DNA of 32,000 nt from Blochmannia endosymbiont of Camponotus modoc (GTDB lineage: Bacteria > Pseudomonadota > Gammaproteobacteria > Enterobacterales > Enterobacteriaceae): the NCBI RefSeq assembly GCF_023585785.1, contig NZ_CP097765.1, forward strand, positions 660,001 to 692,000. The letters run 5' to 3'. Position numbers and translations under genes: made by a program. The notes under the pieces were generated by a model that saw only the letters and a program-made list of their open reading frames with translations, searched no databases and was not told the DNA's origin. Numbering within the stretch: position 1 is the first letter of the stretch; each line of letters starts with the position of its first letter. Shown here in pieces: positions 1-11,484 of the stretch.

Positions 1-149
1 AATAATAAAGCGATTATCATCTCTCTAATTATTATAATTTGACGTCGTTTTGGTTCTAGATCTTTTAATATCGACATAAAAATTGGTAAATTTCCGATAG
101 GATCCATAATTAAAAACAATAGAACTGTAGCTGATATCATTTCATTCAT
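1..149 (-). CDS. yhgN: YhgN/MarC-family inner membrane protein, N-terminal part; truncated by window edge
   Basis: Reverse-strand reading from ATG at 149 gives MNEMISATVLLFLIMDPIGNLPIFMSILKDLEPKRRQIIIIREMIIALL, very close to the remembered E. coli YhgN N-terminus (MNEIISAAVLLILIMDPLGNLPIFMSVLKHTEPKRR...). It is divergent from asd, as in E. coli. Absent from the ORF track because it runs off the window. Confidence 0.88.
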   Translation of the reverse strand, partial: MNEMISATVLLFLIMDPIGNLPIFMSILKDLEPKRRQIIIIREMIIALL

Positions 150-314
150 TATTATTTTCCTAAAAGTTATTTGTGTTTTATATACACTACGCTTTTTATA
201 AAGTAAATTACAAAATATTATTACAAACGTATTACATCATATTACTTATAATACACGTGTGCCACATAAGATTACATATATTCTTGATACTTAATAATGA
301 CTGCGAGATTGATA

Positions 315-1421
315 ATGAAAAATATTGGATTTGTTGGTTGGAGAGGAATGGTAGGTTCAGTATTAATGAATCGCATGAAAGAAGAAAATGATTTTAGCCA
401 TTTTCACTCAATATTTCTCTCTACATCACAAATAGGAGAACATGCTCCAAACATTCAAGGATCACAAGAATTATTTTTACAAGACGCTTGTAATACCGAT
501 CTGCTTAATTCTTTAGATATTATTATTACATGTCAAGGTAGTGCATATAGTAAAATTATTTATCCAAAATTGAGAAAAATCGGATGGACAGGATATTGGA
601 TTGATAGTGCCTCATTTTTACGAATGAATGATGATGCGATTATTGTTTTGGACCCTGTTAATCAAGTATTGATAAAACAAGGTATAAATAACGGCATTAA
701 AACATTTGTAGGAGGCAATTGCACTGTAAGTTTAATGTTAATGTCTTTAGGTGGATTATTTGCTCATAATTTAATCGAATGGGTTTTTGCCTCCACGTAT
801 CAGGCAGCTTCTGGATGTGGAGCGCGTGCCATGCGTGAGCTGTTAATACAAATGGGCCAAGTGTACAATATAGTAACTGATTTGTTAACCTCCCCTTCAA
901 TGGCTATTCTAGATATTGAACATATAATTACTAAATTTAGTAAAACTGATTCCTTATTAGTAGATTGCTTCAAAGTTCCTTTGATAGGCAATGTCATTCC
1001 GTGGATTGGTGATTATATGTATAATGGCCAAACTCAAGAAGAATGGAAAGGTCAAGCAGAAACTAATAAAATCCTCAATACTTCTAACATTATAACAGTA
1101 GACAGTTTATGCGTACGTGTGGGCTCATTACGTTGTCATAGCCAAGCATTTGTTTTAAAACTTAAAAAAGACATTTGTTTAACAGAAATAGAAGAATTAC
1201 TCCAATCTCATAATAAATGGGTAGAAGTTATCTCAAATGATGTTACGCAATCATTAAACAAATTAACTCCTGTTATGGTATCCGGAACACTCAAAATACC
1301 CATCGGTCGGTTACGCAAATTGCACGCAGGTAACAAATATATTTCAGCTTTTAGCGTGGGCGACCAGTTACTTTGGGGAGCTGCTGAGCCATTACGCAGG
1401 ATATTACGTCAATTACTATAA
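315..1421 (+). CDS. asd: Aspartate-semialdehyde dehydrogenase; ORF track starts at 297, but the conserved N-terminus [21 protein letters not shown] begins at 315
   Basis: Conserved [19 protein letters not shown] active-site Cys motif and [15 protein letters not shown]; intact to the stop codon. Confidence 0.97.
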   Translation: MKNIGFVGWRGMVGSVLMNRMKEENDFSHFHSIFLSTSQIGEHAPNIQGSQELFLQDACNTDLLNSLDIIITCQGSAYSKIIYPKLRKIGWTGYWIDSASFLRMNDDAIIVLDPVNQVLIKQGINNGIKTFVGGNCTVSLMLMSLGGLFAHNLIEWVFASTYQAASGCGARAMRELLIQMGQVYNIVTDLLTSPSMAILDIEHIITKFSKTDSLLVDCFKVPLIGNVIPWIGDYMYNGQTQEEWKGQAETNKILNTSNIITVDSLCVRVGSLRCHSQAFVLKLKKDICLTEIEELLQSHNKWVEVISNDVTQSLNKLTPVMVSGTLKIPIGRLRKLHAGNKYISAFSVGDQLLWGAAEPLRRILRQLL

Positions 1422-1581
1422 ATTGTATTTATTCTACAAAAAAATAGATTTACAAATATATAATTTAGGGATAATACAAATAGAAATGCAATTCTGAAAA
1501 TTTTAAACAAATCAACTCAATTATACAATAAAGTTATGGTTACTTTACTAAAAAAATTTTTCAAAATAAAAAATAAAATTG

Positions 1582-2172
1582 TTAATAAAAAGAATGCGTC
1601 CCGTGTTGATGTTGAGTCATATCTAGTACCCCTTTTAATTCTGGAAAAAGATTCTTTAAGGTAGTTTCAATTCCTTCTTTTATGGTATAGCTAGCCATTG
1701 CGCAGCCATTGCATCCTCCATAAAATTTAATAACAGCTAACAGATCTTCAGTAATACGTATTAAAGACACACTGCCTCCATGTAGTTCTAATTGAGGATT
1801 AATCTGAAATTGTAATACATGTCTCACCCGATCTTCCAACGAATCATTGTTCATCTTGTTTCTTATATTATTGCATTCTTTAGTAGCATTAGGAGCTTTA
1901 ATAGTAAGTTGAGAATCTAATTCATTAATCATCATGTCAATTTTTGTGTCTTTAAGGAAAGATATATATACTGGATCTACGTGTACAGAAAAAAGATCAA
2001 ACTCAATTATCATATCACTGGGTTTAAATTCTTCTGGTGGACAAAAACAAACACCACATTCTGCATGAACTGTACCTGGATTAACCACAAACACTCGTAT
2101 CTGAGTACCTGGTTTCTTATCCACTAACAGTTTAGCAAAATGTTTTTGTGCAACTGGGGTTATATAAATCAT
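1582..2172 (-). CDS. nfuA: Fe-S biogenesis protein NfuA (HesB/IscA-like N-terminal domain plus NifU-like C-terminal domain)
   Basis: Protein with GGCNGCAMASYTIKEGIE (CxxC NifU motif) and C-terminal LKGVLDMTQHQHGTHSFY; minus orientation collinear with enteric order. Confidence 0.95.
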   Translation of the reverse strand: MIYITPVAQKHFAKLLVDKKPGTQIRVFVVNPGTVHAECGVCFCPPEEFKPSDMIIEFDLFSVHVDPVYISFLKDTKIDMMINELDSQLTIKAPNATKECNNIRNKMNNDSLEDRVRHVLQFQINPQLELHGGSVSLIRITEDLLAVIKFYGGCNGCAMASYTIKEGIETTLKNLFPELKGVLDMTQHQHGTHSFY

Positions 2173-3649
2173 ACGATATGATACCTAATCATTTTTTAAA
2201 AATGCAAATAGTTCATAGTTTTATCACGTATATGTTGTATATCCTATTTGGGATAACTTATATATATTTTTATATACTTTCAATATATATTATTTATTTC
2301 TTTATATTTTTGACAAATAGCCTATGTTATACAGTTACACGTAATTAGCACGCTCTATATATGTAACTTAAAAAGTTATTAATTACATTAATGACTATTT
2401 TAACTTATTATAGCAAATTTATTTCAATGTATAAATAATATTTAAAACAATAAAATGCATATAACATTAACCGTATATACCTAGTACTTAAAAATTTGGT
2501 ATCTATTAACGAGAGAACTAATTACTACATTTTAATTTTCAAACGAATTAAAAAATAGTTAAAAAAATAAAAATATATAACACCAAAAGGACGAAAAAAT
2601 AATATCTGTTATTACACAATTATTAATTCACACGAATCTCAAATTCTGATAACCGTAATATTTACGAATAGTTAAATTCACTAATAAGCAGCTATGATAT
2701 CTACGTATAGGCACATTTTTATCATACAAGGAAACACAGTGTAAATATTAAATATGCAATCATTTATTTTTCTAAGAGAAATAATTAATTTCAATAACAT
2801 ATTTAAAGTACTACCAATCAGATATTAACACAAGTTTAAATATACTTAATATTAAATTTTAATTTTTATCAAAAACCTAACGCATCTCTCTTTCGTTGTC
2901 AGAGAGACTAATATTATTTATGACAAAGAAACTATAGTTTTAATATTTATCAAAATGCTTTTTAATCATAATAATTAACATATCAATTCATCATGAATTA
3001 CATATACGTATGTTAAATTTTTCAACACACTACATTATTTATTATAAAATGCAAATAACTTATTATTTTATATATTTAATGAAAGAAATGTATATCTCTT
3101 GATTGTATGAATATGTATCAATACAGATTGATAATGAACATTGAAAATTTATGTCACTTTGATCTACTCATATGAGTATAAATAACAATAACTTAATTAT
3201 TATAATAAATATCAATATAAAAATATGGAAAAGTCATACAACACCAGTGTTTTTAAAATCAATTCTTTATCTCTTATAAAGAGATAACATTCCATATTTT
3301 AAACCATAAGATGCTTAAGTCCCTAATTAAAAATAAACTTATATTTTCAAACAATCATGTTATCTGTATGGAACTAAATTAACCTTGTATCTGTATTTGA
3401 TCATATTTATTTACCCATTTTCAAATTTGTTCTCCACTATGAGAATAAATAAGTTTCTACGTTGTATCTGAACAAAGATTTGTATTACAATGATAGCATG
3501 TTGTTACATGTTAACAATTAATAGTATTATCGCAATTATTATATTATCATATATTAGATGTACATTTATAAAAATAAGATGATTTTAACGTTTCATATTT
3601 TTGTATCTGTGCGTTTATCGATCAGTTGGGTCTTCATATAAAGTGATGA

Positions 3650-4222
<573 letters not shown>

Positions 4223-4276
4223 CGCTCGTTATTATAAATTCATCGTTTTAATATTAAAAGTTTTTATAATTTTGCT

Positions 4277-5368
4277 ATGGAAAAAATTATCATAAAATTA
4301 CAAAAAAGAAGCTATCCAATTATTATTGCAGACAAATTGTTTAATGATTTCTCACCCTGTTGGCCATTAAATATTGGTGACAAAGTAGTATTAATTACCA
4401 ATGATCGAGTGGCGCCGATTTATTTAAATATATTACGTAATTTATTGACTAGATCAGGCATTGTTACTGATCAACTAATTTTACCAGATGGTGAACAGAA
4501 CAAATCTCTAATTACATTAAATACAATATTTACTAAATTACTGAAAAAAAATTATGATCGTAGTACAATACTTATTGCCCTTGGCGGAGGTATCATCGGA
4601 GATATAACCGGATTTGCAGCTGCTACATACCAACGTGGAATACGTTTTATTCAAGTCCCAACAACACTGCTTGCACAGGTAGATGCGTCCATTGGAGGAA
4701 AAACTGGAATTAACCATATACTTGGTAAAAACATGATTGGTGCTTTTCATCAACCTATTGCTGTTGTTATCAATTTAGATGTCTTGCGTACGTTGAGTAT
4801 GAAAGAGTTTTCTTCTGGATTAGCTGAAATCATTAAGTACGCTATAGCTCTTGACTCTAGTTTTTTTAGATGGTTGGAATCCCATTTGGATGATTTATTA
4901 ATTTTGCATCCGCCATCCTTAATGTACTGTATTCGTCGTTGTTGTGAATTAAAAGCATCTATAATTACAATTGATGAACGTGATCACGGTATTAGGAGTG
5001 TATTAAATCTTGGACATACTTATGGCCATGCCATCGAATCATACCTAGGCTATTCACAATGGTCTCACGGTGAATCTATAGCAGCAGGTATCATGATGGC
5101 AGTAAATACTGCATTACGTTTAAATCAGTTTAATTGCAGTGATGCAAAACGCATAAAATTATTATTAACACGCGCAGGTTTACCTGTGCGAGGTCCAAAA
5201 GAAATGACATCAAAAAACTATTTAGAATATATGAAACGCGATAAAAAGTCAATATCAGGGCAACTTAACTTAGTTTTGCCCATTTCTATAGGAAACGTAA
5301 AAACTGTTTTTAACGTAAACCATGAGTTAGTGTCATCTTCCATTGAAGACACTAATAACTATATTTAG
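4277..5368 (+). CDS. aroB: 3-dehydroquinate synthase
   Basis: LPDGEQNKS, ALGGGIIGDITGFAAATYQRG, PTTLLAQVDASIGGKTGIN, NLGHTYGHAIE. Confidence 0.97.
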   Translation: MEKIIIKLQKRSYPIIIADKLFNDFSPCWPLNIGDKVVLITNDRVAPIYLNILRNLLTRSGIVTDQLILPDGEQNKSLITLNTIFTKLLKKNYDRSTILIALGGGIIGDITGFAAATYQRGIRFIQVPTTLLAQVDASIGGKTGINHILGKNMIGAFHQPIAVVINLDVLRTLSMKEFSSGLAEIIKYAIALDSSFFRWLESHLDDLLILHPPSLMYCIRRCCELKASIITIDERDHGIRSVLNLGHTYGHAIESYLGYSQWSHGESIAAGIMMAVNTALRLNQFNCSDAKRIKLLLTRAGLPVRGPKEMTSKNYLEYMKRDKKSISGQLNLVLPISIGNVKTVFNVNHELVSSSIEDTNNYI

Positions 5369-5752
5369 TGATTAATAAGTATTAACATTTAATATAGTTA
5401 GTGCATGTATAATATACATGAGAGGGTTATTTTTTAAAGTAAAGCATAATTTAATAAAATTAAAACTCAATAGTATTGAATTAGATTCTTTATTCTAATT
5501 ATGTTGGGATTTATTTTTGCATTATACGATATAAAAAATATAAACAATCTAAACTTATAGATAATTACTCCAATATACAAATCATATAAAATATAAATTC
5601 TTGTTTGAAACAATTCTGTTTTTATAAATTTATGAAAATAAAATATTTTATGTAAAAAATAATAATATAATCCTCTAAATTTATATTATTATTTGATTTA
5701 ATTAAATTAAAATGAACTATTTTATAGTATATTAATCTTTAATGGAAATTGC

Positions 5753-6418
5753 ATGAAACGGTTCTTAATAGCTCCATCTATTTTGTCAGCTAATTTTGCT
5801 AAATTAGGAGAAGATGTTACTAATGTTATATCTGCTGGCGCAGATATTTTACATTTTGATGTTATGGACAATCATTATGTTCCTAATTTAAGCGTAGGAT
5901 CTATGGTGTTACAGTCACTACGTAGTTACGGAGTTAATATTCCTATTGATGTACATTTAATGGCAAAACCAATAGATCGATTAATTTCAGATTTCGCTGC
6001 TGTTGGAGCAAATTATATTAGTTTTCATCCAGAAGCAACAGAACATATTGATCGATCATTACAATTGATTAAAGAATACGGATGTAAAGCAGGATTAGTT
6101 TTTAACCCTAGCACTACTCTTAATTATTTGGAATATGTAATGGATAAAATTGATCTAATTGTATTAATGTCAGTAAATCCTGGTTTTAGCGGACAATTGT
6201 TTATTCCCATGATTTTAAATAAAATACGTCAAACACGTAAATTAATAGACAATACTAATTATAATATTGATTTAGCAGTGGATGGAGGTATTAATATAAA
6301 AAATATACATTCAATTTTAAAAGCTGGTGCAACCACGTTTATTATAGGATCAGCTATCTTTGGATCTGAAAATTATTACGAGGTTATGCATAATTTTCGA
6401 TCTGTTTTATCAAATTAA
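5753..6418 (+). CDS. rpe: Ribulose-phosphate 3-epimerase
   Basis: [45 protein letters not shown]. Confidence 0.97.
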   Translation: MKRFLIAPSILSANFAKLGEDVTNVISAGADILHFDVMDNHYVPNLSVGSMVLQSLRSYGVNIPIDVHLMAKPIDRLISDFAAVGANYISFHPEATEHIDRSLQLIKEYGCKAGLVFNPSTTLNYLEYVMDKIDLIVLMSVNPGFSGQLFIPMILNKIRQTRKLIDNTNYNIDLAVDGGINIKNIHSILKAGATTFIIGSAIFGSENYYEVMHNFRSVLSN

Positions 6419-6657
6419 TAACGAAAGATATTTAGCATTTTATTTTTAAATAAATAATTAGAGAAATATTATATTGATTACCATAATTATTTTATTTGAA
6501 ACAAATATTATTTGATATATTATTTATTTTTTATAAAATAATTTTATTTATAGGTTGTATAGATTGATATCATGAAAACTATATGTTTTTCTGTGTAAAT
6601 TTGAAAGTAATAACATTTTAATTTGTTTTATCATAAACACTATGGATATATATCTGT

Positions 6658-7656
6658 ATGAATAAACCAATTTTATTTAGCGGAGCGCAACCATCAGGTG
6701 AACTTACTATTGGTAATTATATCGGAGCGATACGTCAGTGGGTTAAAATGCAACAAGATTATCAATGTATATATTGTATAGTAGATTTACATGCAATTGC
6801 AAATCAGAATAATTTACATCGATTATACGAAACATCATTAGATACATTAGCTTTATATTTAGCATGTGGTATTGATCCTAATGATAGTACAATATTTATT
6901 CAGTCCCATGTTCCAGAGCATAGTCAATTAAATTGGTTGTTAAATTGTTATACGTATTTTGGAGAGCTAAATCGTATGACCCAATTTAAGGAAAAATTAA
7001 TACAACAAAAGGAAAATGTTAATATCGGGTTATTTAACTATCCAGTATTAATGGCATCAGATATTTTATTATATCAAACTAATTTAGTTCCGGTAGGTTC
7101 TGATCAGAAACAACATTTAGAATTAACACGTAATATTGCTGAACGTTTTAATCATACATACGGAACAATTTTCGTTGTTCCAGAAGTATTTATTCCTACA
7201 TATGGTTCTCGTATTATGTCCTTGTTAGAACCAAATAAAAAAATGTCTAAATCAGATCGTAGATCTGGTAATATGATTACTCTTTTAGATGATATTAATA
7301 TGGTATCAAAAAAAATTAAACGTGCTGTTACTGATACCGATCAGCCTCCAATAATTAAATACGATCCTATTAACAAACCCGGTATTTCTAATTTATTAGA
7401 AATTCTTTCTGGAATAAGTGATCAACCTATTACGTATTTAGAAGAAATTTTTAAAGAAAAAACATATTCCCAGTTAAAAAATGAAATTATTAAATCAATA
7501 TCGTCGGTGTTGATAAAATTTCAAAATCGTTATTATACTGAACGTGCTAATGAAAATAAATTACGTTATATATTATGTGTAGGCGCAAAAAAAGCGCAAA
7601 AAAAAGCTAATGTCACTTTGAAAAAAGTGCATAAAGCAATGGGATTGAGTGATTAA
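6658..7656 (+). CDS. trpS: Tryptophanyl-tRNA synthetase
   Basis: [22 protein letters not shown] (HIGH-like region), KMSKS signature at KKMSKSD. Confidence 0.97.
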   Translation: MNKPILFSGAQPSGELTIGNYIGAIRQWVKMQQDYQCIYCIVDLHAIANQNNLHRLYETSLDTLALYLACGIDPNDSTIFIQSHVPEHSQLNWLLNCYTYFGELNRMTQFKEKLIQQKENVNIGLFNYPVLMASDILLYQTNLVPVGSDQKQHLELTRNIAERFNHTYGTIFVVPEVFIPTYGSRIMSLLEPNKKMSKSDRRSGNMITLLDDINMVSKKIKRAVTDTDQPPIIKYDPINKPGISNLLEILSGISDQPITYLEEIFKEKTYSQLKNEIIKSISSVLIKFQNRYYTERANENKLRYILCVGAKKAQKKANVTLKKVHKAMGLSD

Positions 7657-8058
7657 TTAAAAATAATTAATTTTTAATATCATTATGTCAATAATGTTAA
7701 TGTATAGTAGGCGCATAAGTAAAAATAAAATGTTATTTAAATTTAAAAAACGCACATGTAATAATGACAGTGTCTTTATAGGATATTAATTATTAAATTA
7801 ATTATACTTATTACAGCATAACAAATTAATCATCCGTACTAATTTATGATATTAAAATACATAAAAAATGTAACGTGTAAATTACAACTGTGTTTAATTA
7901 ATATTATTTATATGTAAAATAAATTATATTTTTATATATTTATGTTCTTTCCTTTAATACAATTGATTAATAATCAGCTTAATCTGAAACTATGTTCCAT
8001 AAAACTTTTGAGTACATGAATAAATTAATTTATTATTATATCTAATTACAAAACTATA

Positions 8059-8646
8059 ATGAACAAAATCCTTATTATCGATAATTATGATTCCTTCACT
8101 TGGAATCTTTATCAATACTTTAGAGAAATGGGTGGTATCGTGGAAGTTAGAAGAAACGATGCTTTAAATATTATAGATATTGAGCAATTATCTCCTGAAC
8201 GTTTAGTAATTTCCCCTGGACCTGGTACACCAGACAATGCAGGTATTTCTTTAGATGCAATTTATTATTTTCATAAAAGAATACCTATTCTTGGAGTATG
8301 TCTTGGACATCAAGCTATAGCTCAGTTTTTTGGAGCTAAATTAAAATATGCACAAAAAGTAATGCATGGTAAAATTTCTCTAATTCATCACAATGGAAGC
8401 GGAATATTTCATGAAGTAATACAGCCTTTAAATGTGGTTCGATATCATTCTTTAGTAATAGATTCAAATACTATGCCATCATGTTTAGAAATCACTTCAT
8501 GGAGTACATGTACATGTAGTGATAAATATATCGAAATCATGGGTATTCGTCATCGTAACCTGCTTGTAGAAGGCGTGCAATTTCACCCAGAAAGTATATT
8601 AAGTGAACAAGGACATCAAATTCTAGGCAATTTTATGAAGTACTAA
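8059..8646 (+). CDS. pabA: Aminodeoxychorismate synthase glutamine amidotransferase component
   Basis: [54 protein letters not shown]. Closer to PabA than TrpG by motif context and by position after trpS. Confidence 0.9.
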   Translation: MNKILIIDNYDSFTWNLYQYFREMGGIVEVRRNDALNIIDIEQLSPERLVISPGPGTPDNAGISLDAIYYFHKRIPILGVCLGHQAIAQFFGAKLKYAQKVMHGKISLIHHNGSGIFHEVIQPLNVVRYHSLVIDSNTMPSCLEITSWSTCTCSDKYIEIMGIRHRNLLVEGVQFHPESILSEQGHQILGNFMKY

Positions 8647-9700
8647 TTTAAAATTTATCAAATCTGTTGAGATTCTAACACTTAAAAGTGATTGTTTCTT
8701 ATTTCTAGTAATTATTAAATTATGATTTTAATACTCCAAAAAAATATATCTGGGGATGTATCCTAATGAACTGAATGTATAACTCAAATGTTAAAATTTA
8801 GTGTAATTCACTTACATGAAATATGTAGAAATTTTTCTTCATTTTAAATGAAATTTAATTATGTATTGTTGTATATTTTTTATAATTAGTTTATTTATGA
8901 AATTTAAAATTAGTTATACATACCTTCATGAATAGCAAATATAAAACTAAATTATCATTCCTAATGTAGGGATAACAGTAATTTTATTGGTAACATTAAA
9001 TATTTTTAAAAATATGTTCAAATTTATGGTTGCATTGATCTTGAAATATATTTTATTTTCATAAAAACTTATAATTCAATTTTTAAGAACTACGTTGATT
9101 ACAGAAATTATATAAAATGCAATATCTAAATTAAAAACTGTAAACAGCCAAGTTATAAATTCTCTAATTCTTAGTAATATAATTGTCCGTTCAATACTTA
9201 ATGATAAACTGATGCTAAAATAGTATGCGATTTTTAATATCAAAATACTATAGAATATAATTAAATGATCAAAATTAAAAAATTTCTAATGATTCTTCAT
9301 GTGTAATGTGTATACAAATATTTATAATTAATAAATTTTTTAATATGTATTTTAAAAATTTCAATCTCAAAATTATAAAGTATTTAAATTATATACATTT
9401 ATTAATATATGAACATCATATATTAATGTGATCAAATCTAAAAACCTTTCAATTTTTCATTGATTCCCGTTATAAACTAAAAACTTTTTGATAAATCTAA
9501 GTTTATTAAAATCATCGATGCGAGATGTTTACATCAGTTTATATAATTTATTACATAAACATTATTCAGATATGTAAAATTATGTGTTTGGGCATATATA
9601 TATTTTTATTATAAATGTATATACTCAAAAAAAATTAATGGTTATACAGCATATCGTAATTATATGCAATAAAAAGTTATCTTATACAAAGGTGTAAAAT

Positions 9701-9775
9701 ATGAAAGCATTTTTTGTTAAATTCATTTTATTCATTTCTATTATTTCTCTTGCCCTTACTGGTATTATCTGTTAA
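9701..9775 (+). CDS. Possible small hydrophobic peptide MKAFFVKFILFISIISLALTGIIC (24 aa); function unknown
   Basis: ATG preceded by AAGGTG at about 7 nt spacing; single hydrophobic segment; isolated in a 1.6 kb AT-rich spacer. No homologue recognised. Confidence 0.3.
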   Translation: MKAFFVKFILFISIISLALTGIIC

Positions 9776-10190
9776 ACTGTTAAAGTTGAAGAAGAGAAAT
9801 AATAGAAACATTTATACTAAAAGCTTTCCGGTTTTTATATTAAAAATGTATTTTCGACTTTATACATTTCAATTGTGTTGTCTAAAAATTAAACTAACCG
9901 CGAGTCTATAATATCATAAAAAGTTTATAGAAATATAATTTATTACAAATAAATTGTTGCTACGATAAATGACAATTATTGCATGGCATAGCAAAATAAA
10001 AAAATTAAACATAAAATAATATTTGATCCTGACTACCTTTGAAAGAATAGGATACAACATTGTAATGAAAATGTATTAAAACACTTTATTATATTAAGAA
10101 TTCACTTAAAAGAAGAAAAGTGTATAAAATTGTTTTCACTTAATAAGGTGTGTGTTTTACGTCGAATTTAGTGGATAAATATACCGCTTT

Positions 10191-10199
10191 TGTTATAAT
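10191..10199 (+). promoter_or_regulatory. Possible extended -10 element (TGTTATAAT) upstream of rpsL
   Basis: TGn-TATAAT about 125 nt upstream of the rpsL GTG start; no good -35 at 17 bp, so support is weak. Confidence 0.3.
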
Positions 10200-10324
10200 T
10201 TTTATTGATCTTGCAATTTAATAATAACATAAGATCATTATCTGTTATTAGAGTTGAGAAAGATAACAACAAATAGTATATATGTTTTGATATGGTCTTA
10301 TCAGAAAAAATGGAGATTTTAATA

Positions 10325-10696
10325 GTGACAACAGTCAATCAACTTGTTCGTAATGCACGTCCAACAAAAACTTTTAAAAGTAATGTACCAGCATTAGAAG
10401 CCTGCCCACAAAAAAGAGGGGTGTGCGTGCGTGTATACACTACTACTCCAAAGAAACCGAATTCTGCATTACGAAAAGTATGTCGTGTTCGTTTAACTAA
10501 TGGATTGGAAGTAACTTCTTATATCGGAGGAGAAGGTCATAATTTACAGGAACATGCTTCAATTCTGATTCGAGGGGGACGGGTTAAAGATCTTCCGGGT
10601 GTTCGGTATCATGTTATTCGTGGCGCTCTCGATTGTGCAGGGGTGAATTCGCGTAAAAAAGGTCGCTCCAAATATGGAACAAAACAGTCGAAATAA
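10325..10696 (+). CDS. rpsL: 30S ribosomal protein S12; GTG start at 10325 rather than the track's 10292
   Basis: [15 protein letters not shown]...[15 protein letters not shown]...[22 protein letters not shown]...[13 protein letters not shown]; GGAG Shine-Dalgarno about 9 nt upstream of GTG. Confidence 0.96.
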   Translation: MTTVNQLVRNARPTKTFKSNVPALEACPQKRGVCVRVYTTTPKKPNSALRKVCRVRLTNGLEVTSYIGGEGHNLQEHASILIRGGRVKDLPGVRYHVIRGALDCAGVNSRKKGRSKYGTKQSK

Positions 10697-10849
10697 TAGA
10701 TCAAAATATCAGGTCTCTTTTTTATTTTTTAATTTGAGATAAATTTTAAAAAAGGCAATCAATGTTTAGCTAATTGAAAATATAATAGTTTTTTTGTTAA
10801 TGATTTTCCTTTAAAAAAATATCTATTAGTCAAATAGGAATTATAATTA

Positions 10850-11320
10850 ATGCCACGTCGTCGCATCGTTACGAAACGCAATATTCTTCCAGATCCAAAA
10901 TTTGGATCTGATCTTTTGGCAAAGTTTATCAATATTTTGATGTTAAATGGGAAAAAATCTACTGCAGAGTCAATAGTGTATTCTGCCCTAGATAGTTTAT
11001 TTAGGCGATCTAATAAAGATTGTTTAGAAGCATTCGAAATAGCTCTAAATAATGTGCGCCCAGTCGTAGAAGTAAAATCCAGACGGGTTGGCGGATCTAC
11101 TTATCAGGTACCAGTAGAAGTGCGTCTCGTACGTAGAAATACTTTAGCGATGAGATGGATTATTGAGGCTGCTCGTAAAAGACATGATAAATCTATGGAA
11201 TTACGTTTAGCGAGTGAACTTTTAGATGCTATAGAGGGTAAGGGACATGCTGTTAAAAAACGTGAAGAAATACATCGTGTTGCAGAATCTAATAAAGCTT
11301 TTGCCCATTATCGTTGGTAA
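10850..11320 (+). CDS. rpsG: 30S ribosomal protein S7
   Basis: [28 protein letters not shown]...[12 protein letters not shown]...[10 protein letters not shown]. Confidence 0.98.
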   Translation: MPRRRIVTKRNILPDPKFGSDLLAKFINILMLNGKKSTAESIVYSALDSLFRRSNKDCLEAFEIALNNVRPVVEVKSRRVGGSTYQVPVEVRLVRRNTLAMRWIIEAARKRHDKSMELRLASELLDAIEGKGHAVKKREEIHRVAESNKAFAHYRW

Positions 11321-11484
11321 TAAAATTTTCTGAATGAACATCATCTGATTTTTTCAAACTCTAATAATGATTGAGCTATTAAGTGTTATTTATTCAAACA
11401 TATTTGGATGTTGCTTAAAACAAGCAATTTATCAAACACAACAATATTTTTCGTTAAATTATAACAATATTATTGAGGATATTA

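Noticed and set aside
173-391. 72 aa plus-strand ORF
   Set aside because: Overlaps the asd start and the asd-yhgN intergenic region; low-complexity AT-derived sequence with no family similarity.
697-997. Minus-strand ORFs within asd (67 and 65 aa)
   Set aside because: Antisense shadows of a clear conserved gene; no independent support.
2148-2348. 66 aa ORF beyond the nfuA start, rich in I/Y/F
   Set aside because: Composition typical of translated AT-rich spacer; overlaps the nfuA 5' end and has no motif.
4538-4753. Minus-strand ORF with Cys residues inside aroB
   Set aside because: Antisense to conserved aroB coding sequence; the Cys pattern is a by-product of the GGK/ST-rich sense codons.
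9714-9911. 65 aa minus-strand ORF in the pabA-rpsL spacer
   Set aside because: No Shine-Dalgarno or similarity, and it overlaps the better small-ORF candidate; Leu/Lys/Phe-rich translation expected by chance.
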